Sequence record: OR670491.1
Direction: 5' to 3' (one strand)
Length of the DNA stretch: 64,000 bases
This document shows positions 39,938 through 55,079 of the stretch, piece by piece; positions within the stretch are counted from its first letter, which is position 1, and each line of letters opens with the position of its first letter. The notes below the pieces were generated by a model. It was not told the DNA's origin and searched no databases. It was given only the letters and a program-made list of their open reading frames with translations. The position numbers were made by a program, and so were the translations under genes.

Positions 39938-40237
39938 ATGGCTAAAGCAAATAAAGAAGTTAAAGTTGAAATCCGTGACCTAAACGACGAACAACGTAAA
40001 CGTCTAGGTGATGCACTGTCTAACGCAGTAGTTCAACTTACTTACATTGATGATCTACGTGCATCATTCACTGATTTCATCAAATCAACTTCTGATGAAC
40101 TAGGCATTGACGCAGCAGATATCAAACAAGCTGCACAACGTATCTATAAAGGCGACTACTTCGATAAGCAAAACAAGCTAGACAATATCGAAACTATTCT
40201 AAGTGTAACCAACAACCTACCACAAGCTGACGATTAA
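39938..40237 (+). CDS. dsbA: dsDNA-binding protein, T4 DsbA/GapR-like
   Basis: 99-aa helical protein with IKSTSDELGIDAADIKQAAQRIYK, resembling T4 DsbA (RAKDELGVDGKMFNRLLALYHK); high-expression codons. Confidence 0.6.
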   Translation: MAKANKEVKVEIRDLNDEQRKRLGDALSNAVVQLTYIDDLRASFTDFIKSTSDELGIDAADIKQAAQRIYKGDYFDKQNKLDNIETILSVTNNLPQADD

Positions 40238-40260
40238 TAAGTACTACAAACTATTCTTTT

Positions 40261-40286
40261 AGCCTCCAATGACGGAGGCTTTATTT
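40261..40286 (+). terminator. Intrinsic terminator after dsbA-like gene
   Basis: AGCCTCC-AATGAC-GGAGGCT followed by TTATTTT. Confidence 0.6.
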
Positions 40287-40318
40287 TTAACTTAATACAA
40301 TGTAAAGGAATACGAACG

Positions 40319-43300
40319 ATGTATATCGATGCTTATATGGAACGTAAACGTACTGGTGATATCTTACACGTAGCAGAGCGTAAGAAAGGCAAACGCATTC
40401 TGCGTGAGGTTGACCCAGTATATGAGTATTTTGTAGAGTCGCCACTAGGTACTCATAAAACCGTCTATGGTACAATGGCACAACAACTTGAGTTCAGTTC
40501 TCAATCGCAGATGAACAAGAGTGTTGAGCAGCATAAACTTGAAGGTCTACGTATCTTTGAGAGTGATTGTAACATTACGTTTAAAACCTTGGCTAAAGAG
40601 TACATGGGTAAAGAATCGCCAGAACTTAATATTATGTTCTTCGATATCGAGACGGATTTTCATAAGAAGTTTGGTTATGCACCTCCGTCTGACCCATTCA
40701 ACCGTGTAACTGCTATTTCTTTGTATCAATCATGGACTGGTAAGGATTATGTACTGACTCTACCACCTGCTGATATGGAATTAGTTGAAGCACAAGATAT
40801 TGTAACTCGTTTGAACCAAGAAACTGATGATCCAAACAGCATTGTAATTCTCTATACTGACGAGAAAGAAATGTTCATGGAATTCTTCAGTCTAATGGAT
40901 GATGCCGATGTAATCTCTGGCTGGAACAGTGAGTTCTTTGATATTCCATACATGATTAACCGTACTCGTAAAATCTTCAATGAAGCGATGACGGCTCGTT
41001 GGTGCTTGTGGAATAAGAAACCATCCCAGCGTGAAGCAGATAACTTTGGTAAAACTGTAATCACATATGATTTGGTTGGTCGTGTTCACCTTGACTATCT
41101 CGCACTGTACAAGAAACACGCAGGACAAGTTGAGCAATCTTACAAGCTAGATGATATTGCTGAAAAAGTAACTAAAGAGAAGAAAGTAGCATATGAAGGT
41201 TCATTGGATAAATTATATCGTGAAGACTACATTACTTTCTTACGTTATTCTAAACAGGATAGTATCTTACTTAAAAAGATTGATGCTAAACAGGACTATA
41301 TCAACCTTCATAACCGACTGGCCCACAAAGAGTGTGTACTGATTAGTACTACAATGGGTTCTGTAGCACTGATTGATACTGCTATTATCAACCTAGCACA
41401 CAGTCGTGGTGAAGTAGTTTTCAACAAAGCACCTAAAGAAGACTTTGAAGTAGATCCAGAAATGGAGTACTATGAAGATGAAGAAGACGAAGAAGGTGAT
41501 GAAAAGATTAGTGCAAAAGCTGCTGGTGCATGGGTACAAGATCCAGTACTGGGTATTGTGGATTGGTTAGGATGTACTGACTTTAACTCCCTATATCCAA
41601 CCGTATTGCGTACACTCGGCATGAGTACTGAATGTATTATCGGTCAGTTGCGTCAGGATTATACTGAAGCGTATTTGGCTGCTAAGGTACAAGAGCAGAA
41701 AGCAAAATCTAAATCTAAATCTTTTGAACCTGACTGGACGGCAGCATGGCATGGTCTATTTGCAGCAGTTGAGTTTACAATGGTGCATGAAAAATCCGAA
41801 GAAAACATTATTGTTGATTTGGAAGATGGTAGTTCGTTCAATGCTACTGGTAAAGAACTATATGACATTATCTTTGCAGAAGACAGTACTATTGTACTAA
41901 GTGCAAACGGAACACTATTTGATAAGACAAAGTATGGTGTAATTCCAGAAATTCTAACTCAATGGTATTCTGAACGTAAAGCACAGCAGAAAATGGTAAT
42001 CGATTATAAGCATATGTATACTGATGGTTGGGAACTTCCACAACCAGCGACAGTTGAAGAACTTCTAAAGAACTTCACTCCTGGAACTATGCATCGTACT
42101 AACCTACATGAAGATGATCCAATTTACCTATTACGTCTTGCAATTGTTGCGGAAGAATGGGATAATGTTGCGAAGCTTATTGTAGAGAATGGAATTGAAT
42201 TGAAAGATGGTCGTATCTTCTGTTCTAAAGGGGATAAATCATACTTCAAACAACAAAGTGCATTCTGGAAACAGAACCAGCAGATTCGTAAGATTCTTCT
42301 AAACAGTCTGTATGGTGCACTACTGAACAAAGGCTCACGTTTCTTTGATAAGCGTTTAGGTCAGTCTGTAACATTGACTGGTCGTTCCATGACTAAACAC
42401 ATGGCAAGCCGTATCAATGAAATCACAACTGGTGTTTACAATCACCAAGGTGGTGTGGTAATATATGGTGATACTGACTCCGTATATTTCAGTGTAGCTC
42501 ATTACTTCAAAGAACAAAACATTCCATTCGACTTGACTAAAGAAGAAGTCGTTGATATGTACGTTAAAATTGGTGATGAAGTTGGTGAATCATTCCCTGA
42601 GTTCATGGACGAGAAATTTAACACTGGTATTGAGAAAGGACGCATTGTTGGTGCAGACCTTGAGATGGTCGGTTCCCGTGGTCTATTCTTGAAGAAAAAG
42701 CGTTATGCTATTCTTAAGTACTGGGAAGATGGTTTCCGTAAAGACATTGATGGACAGCCTGGTGAGATTAAGGCGATGGGTCTTGAAATTAAACGTTCAG
42801 ACACACCAAAATACATCCAGAACTTCCTACAGGAGACGCTAATTGCGTTGCTGGTGGGTGAGGATGAAGTCCAGCTAAAACAGCGTGTACGTGACTTTAA
42901 GAGCGTATTTAAAGACATGCCAGTACACCTTAAGGGTTCACCGAGAACCGTTAAGAACTACACTAACCTAGAAGCAGAATATGCAACTACTGGTAAGTGT
43001 AAAGTTGGACACGTACTAGCGGGTATCCAATGGAACCGTCTACGTGATGCATTCGAAGACAAGTCTGTACCGGAAGTAACTGATGGTACGAAAGTTATCG
43101 TATGTAACTTGAAAGATAACCCAATGGGTATTAAAGCAGTTGGTTATCCAATCGATTGTGCTGAGTATCTTCCAGAATGGTTCTTAGAACTACCATTCGA
43201 TGAAGAGAAAATGGAAGAAATCGTTCTAACTAAAAAGTTAGATAACATTTTTGGCATTCTTGATATGGATATTGGTATTCACGAGAAGAGTACTGCTGCA

Positions 43301-43327
43301 TTGAACAACGGATTTTTCACATGGTAA
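40319..43327 (+). CDS. gp43: Family B DNA polymerase
   Basis: Exo motifs FDIETD, GWNSEFFD, YSKQD; polymerase motifs DFNSLYP, KILLNSLYG, YGDTDS, KKRY. Confidence 0.96.
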   Translation: MYIDAYMERKRTGDILHVAERKKGKRILREVDPVYEYFVESPLGTHKTVYGTMAQQLEFSSQSQMNKSVEQHKLEGLRIFESDCNITFKTLAKEYMGKESPELNIMFFDIETDFHKKFGYAPPSDPFNRVTAISLYQSWTGKDYVLTLPPADMELVEAQDIVTRLNQETDDPNSIVILYTDEKEMFMEFFSLMDDADVISGWNSEFFDIPYMINRTRKIFNEAMTARWCLWNKKPSQREADNFGKTVITYDLVGRVHLDYLALYKKHAGQVEQSYKLDDIAEKVTKEKKVAYEGSLDKLYREDYITFLRYSKQDSILLKKIDAKQDYINLHNRLAHKECVLISTTMGSVALIDTAIINLAHSRGEVVFNKAPKEDFEVDPEMEYYEDEEDEEGDEKISAKAAGAWVQDPVLGIVDWLGCTDFNSLYPTVLRTLGMSTECIIGQLRQDYTEAYLAAKVQEQKAKSKSKSFEPDWTAAWHGLFAAVEFTMVHEKSEENIIVDLEDGSSFNATGKELYDIIFAEDSTIVLSANGTLFDKTKYGVIPEILTQWYSERKAQQKMVIDYKHMYTDGWELPQPATVEELLKNFTPGTMHRTNLHEDDPIYLLRLAIVAEEWDNVAKLIVENGIELKDGRIFCSKGDKSYFKQQSAFWKQNQQIRKILLNSLYGALLNKGSRFFDKRLGQSVTLTGRSMTKHMASRINEITTGVYNHQGGVVIYGDTDSVYFSVAHYFKEQNIPFDLTKEEVVDMYVKIGDEVGESFPEFMDEKFNTGIEKGRIVGADLEMVGSRGLFLKKKRYAILKYWEDGFRKDIDGQPGEIKAMGLEIKRSDTPKYIQNFLQETLIALLVGEDEVQLKQRVRDFKSVFKDMPVHLKGSPRTVKNYTNLEAEYATTGKCKVGHVLAGIQWNRLRDAFEDKSVPEVTDGTKVIVCNLKDNPMGIKAVGYPIDCAEYLPEWFLELPFDEEKMEEIVLTKKLDNIFGILDMDIGIHEKSTAALNNGFFTW

Positions 43328-43339
43328 GGAGTTGTACAG

Positions 43340-43483
43340 ATGGTAAATCACGATATTGAAATGATCTTAGATGAAGTAAACGATACATTCTTCAATGTAA
43401 CTTTAGAGTTCACAGAAGAGGGTTTAGAAGACGCTTGGGCTGCTTATGTTGAATATGCAGCAACATATGGGGACAACCAATGA
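43340..43483 (+). CDS. Small acidic hypothetical protein (47 aa; below ORF-track cutoff)
   Basis: MVNHDIEMILDEVNDTFFNVTLEFTEEGLEDAWAAYVEYAATYGDNQ; AAGGAG RBS; ATGA overlap with the next gene. Confidence 0.65.
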   Translation: MVNHDIEMILDEVNDTFFNVTLEFTEEGLEDAWAAYVEYAATYGDNQ

Positions 43484-43785
43484 AAAACATTTACACACGT
43501 ATTGGTGAAGTACTGGATAACATTTCAGTTGATTCAGTACTGGCATACAACAATGACGAAGAAGAAGTTCTAAAAGGTGCGGGTTTTACCCGTACTGGTT
43601 CAGTTACAATCGATGATGAAATCGTTGATGTGTACAAACGTATTGAAAAACGTAATATTGTCGTTATTGATGATAAAGGCTGGACATTAAAAGACCTAGA
43701 AAACTTCCGAATTGAGCATCATATTGGTTTAGGTTCCGGTGATGATAACTTTGCTTATCTTGAAAAATGGAACACTAAATTCTAA
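43480..43785 (+). CDS. Hypothetical protein
   Basis: 101-aa ORF translationally coupled to the upstream small ORF. Confidence 0.65.
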   Translation: MKNIYTRIGEVLDNISVDSVLAYNNDEEEVLKGAGFTRTGSVTIDDEIVDVYKRIEKRNIVVIDDKGWTLKDLENFRIEHHIGLGSGDDNFAYLEKWNTKF

Positions 43786-43790
43786 AAAAA

Positions 43791-43819
43791 TGAGACAAGC
43801 ACCAACAACCTGATATAAT
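43791..43819 (+). promoter_or_regulatory. Early/middle-type promoter TGAGAC-N14-TGATATAAT
   Basis: Recurrent geometry; lies within an 11-bp inverted repeat. Confidence 0.7.
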
Positions 43820-43881
43820 GGTGCTTGTCGTTATCTGACACAGAAACAAATCTTTCAAAAACAAATAATGGAGAATATATA

Positions 43882-44613
43882 ATGGATCTACGCAATGTAC
43901 TACGTGACCTCGTAAACACTACTAGCGGCATCGACTTTACCTGTATCGCAATGAGTAGTGAAGACCGTGGTGATGGACAGCGTGTTTACATGGAATCATA
44001 CACTGAAGACCGTACCTTAGTTATGCGTGCATACACTAAAGAGAATGCTCCTGAAGTTCAAGGTCGTTTTGGTCTTGGTAACTTAGGTCTTCTACAGGGT
44101 CTAATGTCTCTAAAAACTTACAGTACTGAAAGCACCACTATCACACCTAATGTTAAAGACGGCGTTATCAAAAGTCTTGTATTTAAGTCTGATGATGCAA
44201 ACACTACCTTTATGGTACAAGCTGAAAAACTAATCCCAGCCCAGCCACGTTTCCATGAACAACCATATGACGTACAGGTTACACCTAGTGCAGCAAAGGT
44301 TCAGGAACTAAAAAGCTTCTCTGGTGTGTTTAAATCTTTCAGTTCACTAGTTACTCCTTACACTGAAGGTGATACACTTTACTTCCACGTTGGTGAGAAA
44401 AACAAAAGCAACCACGTTGGTGCTCTAGCATTCTCTAAAACTGACGGTGAGCTTGGTCTAGGGTTTGGTTATAGTATTGACCGTGTTCTACAAGCACTAG
44501 CCCGTGTTGCTAACTCCGAATCTGTATCTCTTGGTATTACCAAAACTGGTATGCTAAATGTACAAATTGACACTGGTATCGCAGTGTACAAATTCTACGT
44601 AAATGGTTGCTAA
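43882..44613 (+). CDS. Probable sliding clamp (gp45-like)
   Basis: About 243 aa with alternating beta/alpha pattern, FGLGNLGLL motif, C-terminal GMLNVQIDTGIAVYKFYV; close to polB. Confidence 0.55.
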   Translation: MDLRNVLRDLVNTTSGIDFTCIAMSSEDRGDGQRVYMESYTEDRTLVMRAYTKENAPEVQGRFGLGNLGLLQGLMSLKTYSTESTTITPNVKDGVIKSLVFKSDDANTTFMVQAEKLIPAQPRFHEQPYDVQVTPSAAKVQELKSFSGVFKSFSSLVTPYTEGDTLYFHVGEKNKSNHVGALAFSKTDGELGLGFGYSIDRVLQALARVANSESVSLGITKTGMLNVQIDTGIAVYKFYVNGC

Positions 44614-44621
44614 TATAAATA
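44614..44621 (+). promoter_or_regulatory. Late promoter TATAAATA
   Basis: Exact consensus upstream of the FmdB-like/groES genes. Confidence 0.6.
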
Positions 44622-44676
44622 ACGGGGAACATGGAGTTCCCCATAATTTTTTGAATAATAAGTAAAGGAAGACAAA

Positions 44677-44883
44677 ATGCCACTATATACATATCGTTGT
44701 GAAAAAGAAGAATGCAAACATAGCATGGAAAAAATTGTGAAAATTGCCAATCGTGAGACACCGCATGATTGTCCAAAATGTAGTGGTGAACAAACAATGA
44801 AACTTGAAGTCTTTACACCAGGTGATAAAGGTGCTAACTTATATTTCCGTGGTAAATGGTTTGCAAACACTGGAGGTTACTGA
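44677..44883 (+). CDS. FmdB-family zinc-ribbon protein
   Basis: MPLYTYRCEKEEC...CPKC...FRGKWF pattern. Confidence 0.8.
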   Translation: MPLYTYRCEKEECKHSMEKIVKIANRETPHDCPKCSGEQTMKLEVFTPGDKGANLYFRGKWFANTGGY

Positions 44884-44884
44884 T

Positions 44885-45184
44885 ATGAAAATTAAAATGC
44901 AGAATGATTATGTACTGGTTCGTCAGATTGAAGCACAGAACAAAAGTAATGGCGGTATTATCCTCGGTAACGTTGAACCACCTTGTGTTGGTATGGTAAT
45001 CTCCGTTGGGCCAGGTAAAGTACTACCAAATGGTCAAATTGCAGAACACAACATTAACGTTGGTGACATGATTGTTTTTGGTCGTTCATCTCTAAATACT
45101 CCGATCACCGAAGATTTAGGTGGTGGTGAAGATACGTATTACGTAATGAAAATTGAAGAGATTTTTGGTAAGAAACATGGCTAA
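44885..45184 (+). CDS. groES: Co-chaperonin GroES/gp31-like
   Basis: NDYVLVRQ...GGIIL...GMVISVGPGK...VGD.IVF. Confidence 0.85.
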   Translation: MKIKMQNDYVLVRQIEAQNKSNGGIILGNVEPPCVGMVISVGPGKVLPNGQIAEHNINVGDMIVFGRSSLNTPITEDLGGGEDTYYVMKIEEIFGKKHG

Positions 45185-45902
45185 AAAAAGATACTTGCCT
45201 TTCTGTCTAGTCCCTGCTCATTGGGGACTTTCAGGGAAAGCAAAAGAGATTGCAAAAGCATACTATTACAACGATGATTATGAAGCAGATATTATAGTTG
45301 CAGAACTTACATATCTTACTCCATATGAAGTTGAAAAGGCTCAATTAGATATCAAGAAGAAGTATGGAGTTATCTCCGATGAACTTGAGTATCTAATTGC
45401 ACTTGCTGATTTAGATTTAAAATACTCAAAGATTACTCGTGATGAATATAATGTAAAGATACTTGATGCAAAATTAAGTACTGAAGCAATCACTAAACAA
45501 GAGTATGATCTTGAGATTATAGAACTAATGCCCGATAGTGATGATAAGTTATTAAAAACTATTGAGTACGCATATAGTTATGGTGAAATTACTCAACAAG
45601 AGTATTCTAAGGAAATCTTTACTTTACGTAAAGAACCTTGGATTGATTTGGATGTAATTCTAAACGATTCAAATGAAGTAGAATTTATATTTGATTATAA
45701 TGAATACTTCGTTAAGAAACTAAAAGATGAAGGTCATCCAGGAAATGATGAAGAAGAACTAATTGATAACTTCATTCGTGACTTGGGTCGCAAATTAGCA
45801 ACTGACGAGTTTAGTGATAACTATGACGTAAAGCTAGTAGCCGAGAACGAGGGGATCGAGAACCTACCTGGTTTACCTGACGGCTTTAAAAGATACAAAT
45901 AA
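45177..45902 (+). CDS. Hypothetical protein
   Basis: Long ORF overlapping the groES end; internal Y..I...EY repeats. Confidence 0.7.
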   Translation: MAKKRYLPFCLVPAHWGLSGKAKEIAKAYYYNDDYEADIIVAELTYLTPYEVEKAQLDIKKKYGVISDELEYLIALADLDLKYSKITRDEYNVKILDAKLSTEAITKQEYDLEIIELMPDSDDKLLKTIEYAYSYGEITQQEYSKEIFTLRKEPWIDLDVILNDSNEVEFIFDYNEYFVKKLKDEGHPGNDEEELIDNFIRDLGRKLATDEFSDNYDVKLVAENEGIENLPGLPDGFKRYK

Positions 45903-45932
45903 AAAAAAGGAGAGCAAAAATGCTCTCCTTTT
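45901..45932. terminator. Bidirectional terminator
   Basis: AAAAAAAAGGAGAGC-AAAAAT-GCTCTCCTTTT between convergent genes. Confidence 0.75.
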
Positions 45933-45947
45933 CTTGTATATAAATTA

Positions 45948-46625
45948 TTAAACCATAGGTGGGATAAATTTGAATAGTTTGATACCGAAATCACCAGCAG
46001 CATCAGCAGCTTTGGAATTCAGAACAACTTCAGTTACGCCATCTTTAGCTAGTAGTGGAACCATAGTTAGATCGTCAATTAGTAGACGGCCTTCTTCGAT
46101 ATCAGTACTTGGAACGCCTTGGAAAGATTGAATATCTTTATCAAACACGTTAGCACGTTCAACTAGGAAAGTAACTACGGAAGCACTAGGAATTGAAACA
46201 GCACCAACATTCATCACACCATCAGCAGCGTTGGTAAAATCAGTAACTGCTAGGTCTGCACCGATTTGGGAAGTAGCAATGATTACAGCACGTTGTTGAA
46301 CAACATCAACGATACGTTTAACGTTGGTTTGTGCAGCATAAGAAGCATTATAATCAGCTTCTAGGGTTGCAACTTCAAATGGAGTACCATCGATACGGAT
46401 GATACCTTTTTCGTTTAGGTAAACAACGATATCTTCAGCGATATCAGAGTTTAGGAAACGTTGTAGCCCAGCGAAAGAAGCAACTGCACCAGTAACTAGT
46501 ACGTTAACATCACCTAGTTTACTAACAGCGATGGATGCTAGGGCGTTTTTACCACAGAAGTAACCTAGAACGCTTTCATAGGAAAAACCATTGATACGTT
46601 CAAAAGTAGTATTAGTATTAGACAT
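45948..46625 (-). CDS. Probable abundant virion protein (paralogue 2)
   Basis: MCP-like codon bias; shares motifs with 46641-47240; under late promoter 47287-47293. Confidence 0.65.
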   Translation of the reverse strand: MSNTNTTFERINGFSYESVLGYFCGKNALASIAVSKLGDVNVLVTGAVASFAGLQRFLNSDIAEDIVVYLNEKGIIRIDGTPFEVATLEADYNASYAAQTNVKRIVDVVQQRAVIIATSQIGADLAVTDFTNAADGVMNVGAVSIPSASVVTFLVERANVFDKDIQSFQGVPSTDIEEGRLLIDDLTMVPLLAKDGVTEVVLNSKAADAAGDFGIKLFKFIPPMV

Positions 46626-46640
46626 AGTAATGTTCTCCTA

Positions 46641-47240
46641 TTATAGTTGTACTGGAAGTGCAGCACGTACTTTAATAGCAACAGCAGTAGAAGCAGCCGC
46701 ATCACCAACACCATCAGTACCAACTGCTTGGTAAGTTTTGGTACGGAAGAATTTAGCTTGAGCAATAGACTTAGCTAGTTCTACGGTTGGGTCAACTGGA
46801 ACAGAGTAAGCAGCACCAGGACGAACTTCTTGCTTGTCAAATACGTCTTGACGTTCACAAATGAAGGTTAGAGCAACAGAGTTAGCACCACCAGTAACAT
46901 CAGCACCACTAGTACCGAATGCGATTACGTTACCACCAACGGTTTTGAAATCACTAGGAATAACAACTTCAGTATCTAGAGCTAGAACAGAAGTGGTAAC
47001 TAGAACAGCACGTTGTTGTAGTAGTTGGGTGATCATGAATTGGTTGTATTGAGCATTACTGATTGCAGTTTGTAGTGCTTCGTCTTGAACATCAGAACCA
47101 TCGGAAGTAACTTTAGTAGTACCAACTTCAACGTCAGTTGGAAGATTTACAACGATAGTTACGAAACCGTTGTTACCACCCCAGTACTCACGACCAGTAG
47201 CAGACATACCATAGTTACGGTTAAAAGAATTAAGACTCAT
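46641..47240 (-). CDS. Probable abundant virion protein (paralogue 1)
   Basis: GGAG RBS, ATAAATA promoter at 47287-47293, MCP-like codon bias. Confidence 0.65.
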   Translation of the reverse strand: MSLNSFNRNYGMSATGREYWGGNNGFVTIVVNLPTDVEVGTTKVTSDGSDVQDEALQTAISNAQYNQFMITQLLQQRAVLVTTSVLALDTEVVIPSDFKTVGGNVIAFGTSGADVTGGANSVALTFICERQDVFDKQEVRPGAAYSVPVDPTVELAKSIAQAKFFRTKTYQAVGTDGVGDAAASTAVAIKVRAALPVQL

Positions 47241-47465
47241 AAAAATCTCCTTGTCAAATTTTGTGCAGGATTCTCCTGCTTGATATTATTTATCAAAAAT
47301 TATCCAGTGGCATTTAAAAATAACTGAATTACCCTTGACTCTATGATATTATTTATCATTTCTGGGACAGCAGCTAAAGATGTGCTACAATTATTAACGA
47401 AATACAAAGAAAACGGAGATTTCATATGCATTACCATTAAACATAAATGGCGACCTGAATGGTAA

Positions 47466-53839
<6,374 letters not shown>

Positions 53840-53936
53840 GAAGTATGTGATTGTATGATTGCATAAGTCATGGAAGATAATCTAACAAAGAAGCTCAATA
53901 ACTTTTTGACAAAGAAACTATAAAGGAATATATAAT

Positions 53937-55004
53937 ATGCAAACTCTAGCTGAAATTCGTGCAAAACTAAAAGCGGAACAAGAAAAAGCAGAAGCTCAAA
54001 AGAATGGTACTTTTACTGGTGAACGTAAAGCCGATTCTTTCCTAGCTTTCTGGAACGTTCCTTATAACGAACCACTAAACCTACGTTTTCTTCCAGATGC
54101 AGATGAAAGCAACCCTTTCTTCTGGCGTGAACGTGATATGATTAACCTGACTTTCCAAGGTGTAGTAGGTCTTCACACTGATAAAGTTACCGTACAAGTA
54201 CCTTGTAACGAAATGTGGGTTCCTAAATCATGTCCAGTACTGAAAGAAGTTCGTCAATGGTTCCAAAGTGCGAATGAATCTGGTGATGAAGAACTGAAAG
54301 CTATGGCTGGTCGTTACTGGAAAAAGAAAACCTATCTAATGCAATGTTTCATCGCTCCTGATAGTGTTGCAGTAAAAGATGACATGGCTCCAGAAAACCC
54401 AATTCGTCGTATTCTAGCTAACAAAGATATTTTCGATAAAGTAAAATCTATTCTACTGAATCCTGGTATCAAAGAACTACCAACTCACTACACTCATGGT
54501 CGTGACTTCGGTATTGTTAAGACTAAGAACGGCGGCGGTTACAACAGCTACGATATGTCTCAATTCTCCATGTCCGAGCGTGAACTAAACGCAGACGAAA
54601 TGGCAGCTATTGAAAAATATGGTCTATACAATCTAAATGATTTTATGCCTAAACAACCAACTCCAGAAGAACTAACAGCAATCGCTGAAATGTTCGAAGC
54701 TTCTGTAAATGGTGAAGCATATGATCCAGCACGTTGGGCTTTCGCATACCGTCCAGCAGGTGTTCAAAAACCTGTAACTGGTGGTTCTGCTCCAGCAGCA
54801 CAACCTGCTCCACAAGCTCCAGCAACACCACAACCTGCTCCACAGGCAGCGGTACAGGAATCTACTCCTGTTACTCCAACTGCTCCTGTTACCCCAGCAG
54901 CACAACCTGCTCCAACTGCTCCAGCATCAACTGGTACTGAAGCACCAAAAGAACAACTATCTGCATCTGCTCTAGTTGCTCGTTTGAAGCAACAAAGCAA
55001 GTAA
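53937..55004 (+). CDS. gp32: Single-stranded DNA-binding protein, gp32-like
   Basis: LRFLPD, FFW.ER, CPVL..VRQWF, YWKKKTY, GRDF..KT..GGYNSYD.S.F. Confidence 0.88.
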   Translation: MQTLAEIRAKLKAEQEKAEAQKNGTFTGERKADSFLAFWNVPYNEPLNLRFLPDADESNPFFWRERDMINLTFQGVVGLHTDKVTVQVPCNEMWVPKSCPVLKEVRQWFQSANESGDEELKAMAGRYWKKKTYLMQCFIAPDSVAVKDDMAPENPIRRILANKDIFDKVKSILLNPGIKELPTHYTHGRDFGIVKTKNGGGYNSYDMSQFSMSERELNADEMAAIEKYGLYNLNDFMPKQPTPEELTAIAEMFEASVNGEAYDPARWAFAYRPAGVQKPVTGGSAPAAQPAPQAPATPQPAPQAAVQESTPVTPTAPVTPAAQPAPTAPASTGTEAPKEQLSASALVARLKQQSK

Positions 55005-55029
55005 TAATTTAGATACAAAAAAAGATATA

Positions 55030-55057
55030 GGGGCAACGGAGTTGCCCCATTTTATTT
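55030..55057 (+). terminator. Intrinsic terminator after gp32
   Basis: GGGGCAAC-GGA-GTTGCCCC followed by ATTTTATTT. Confidence 0.7.
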
Positions 55058-55079
55058 CATAAAATTCAAGGAGTGAATT

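Noticed and set aside
47343-47465. 40-aa ORF upstream of rnh
   Set aside because: No RBS, and it overlaps an AT-rich promoter region; cannot be supported.
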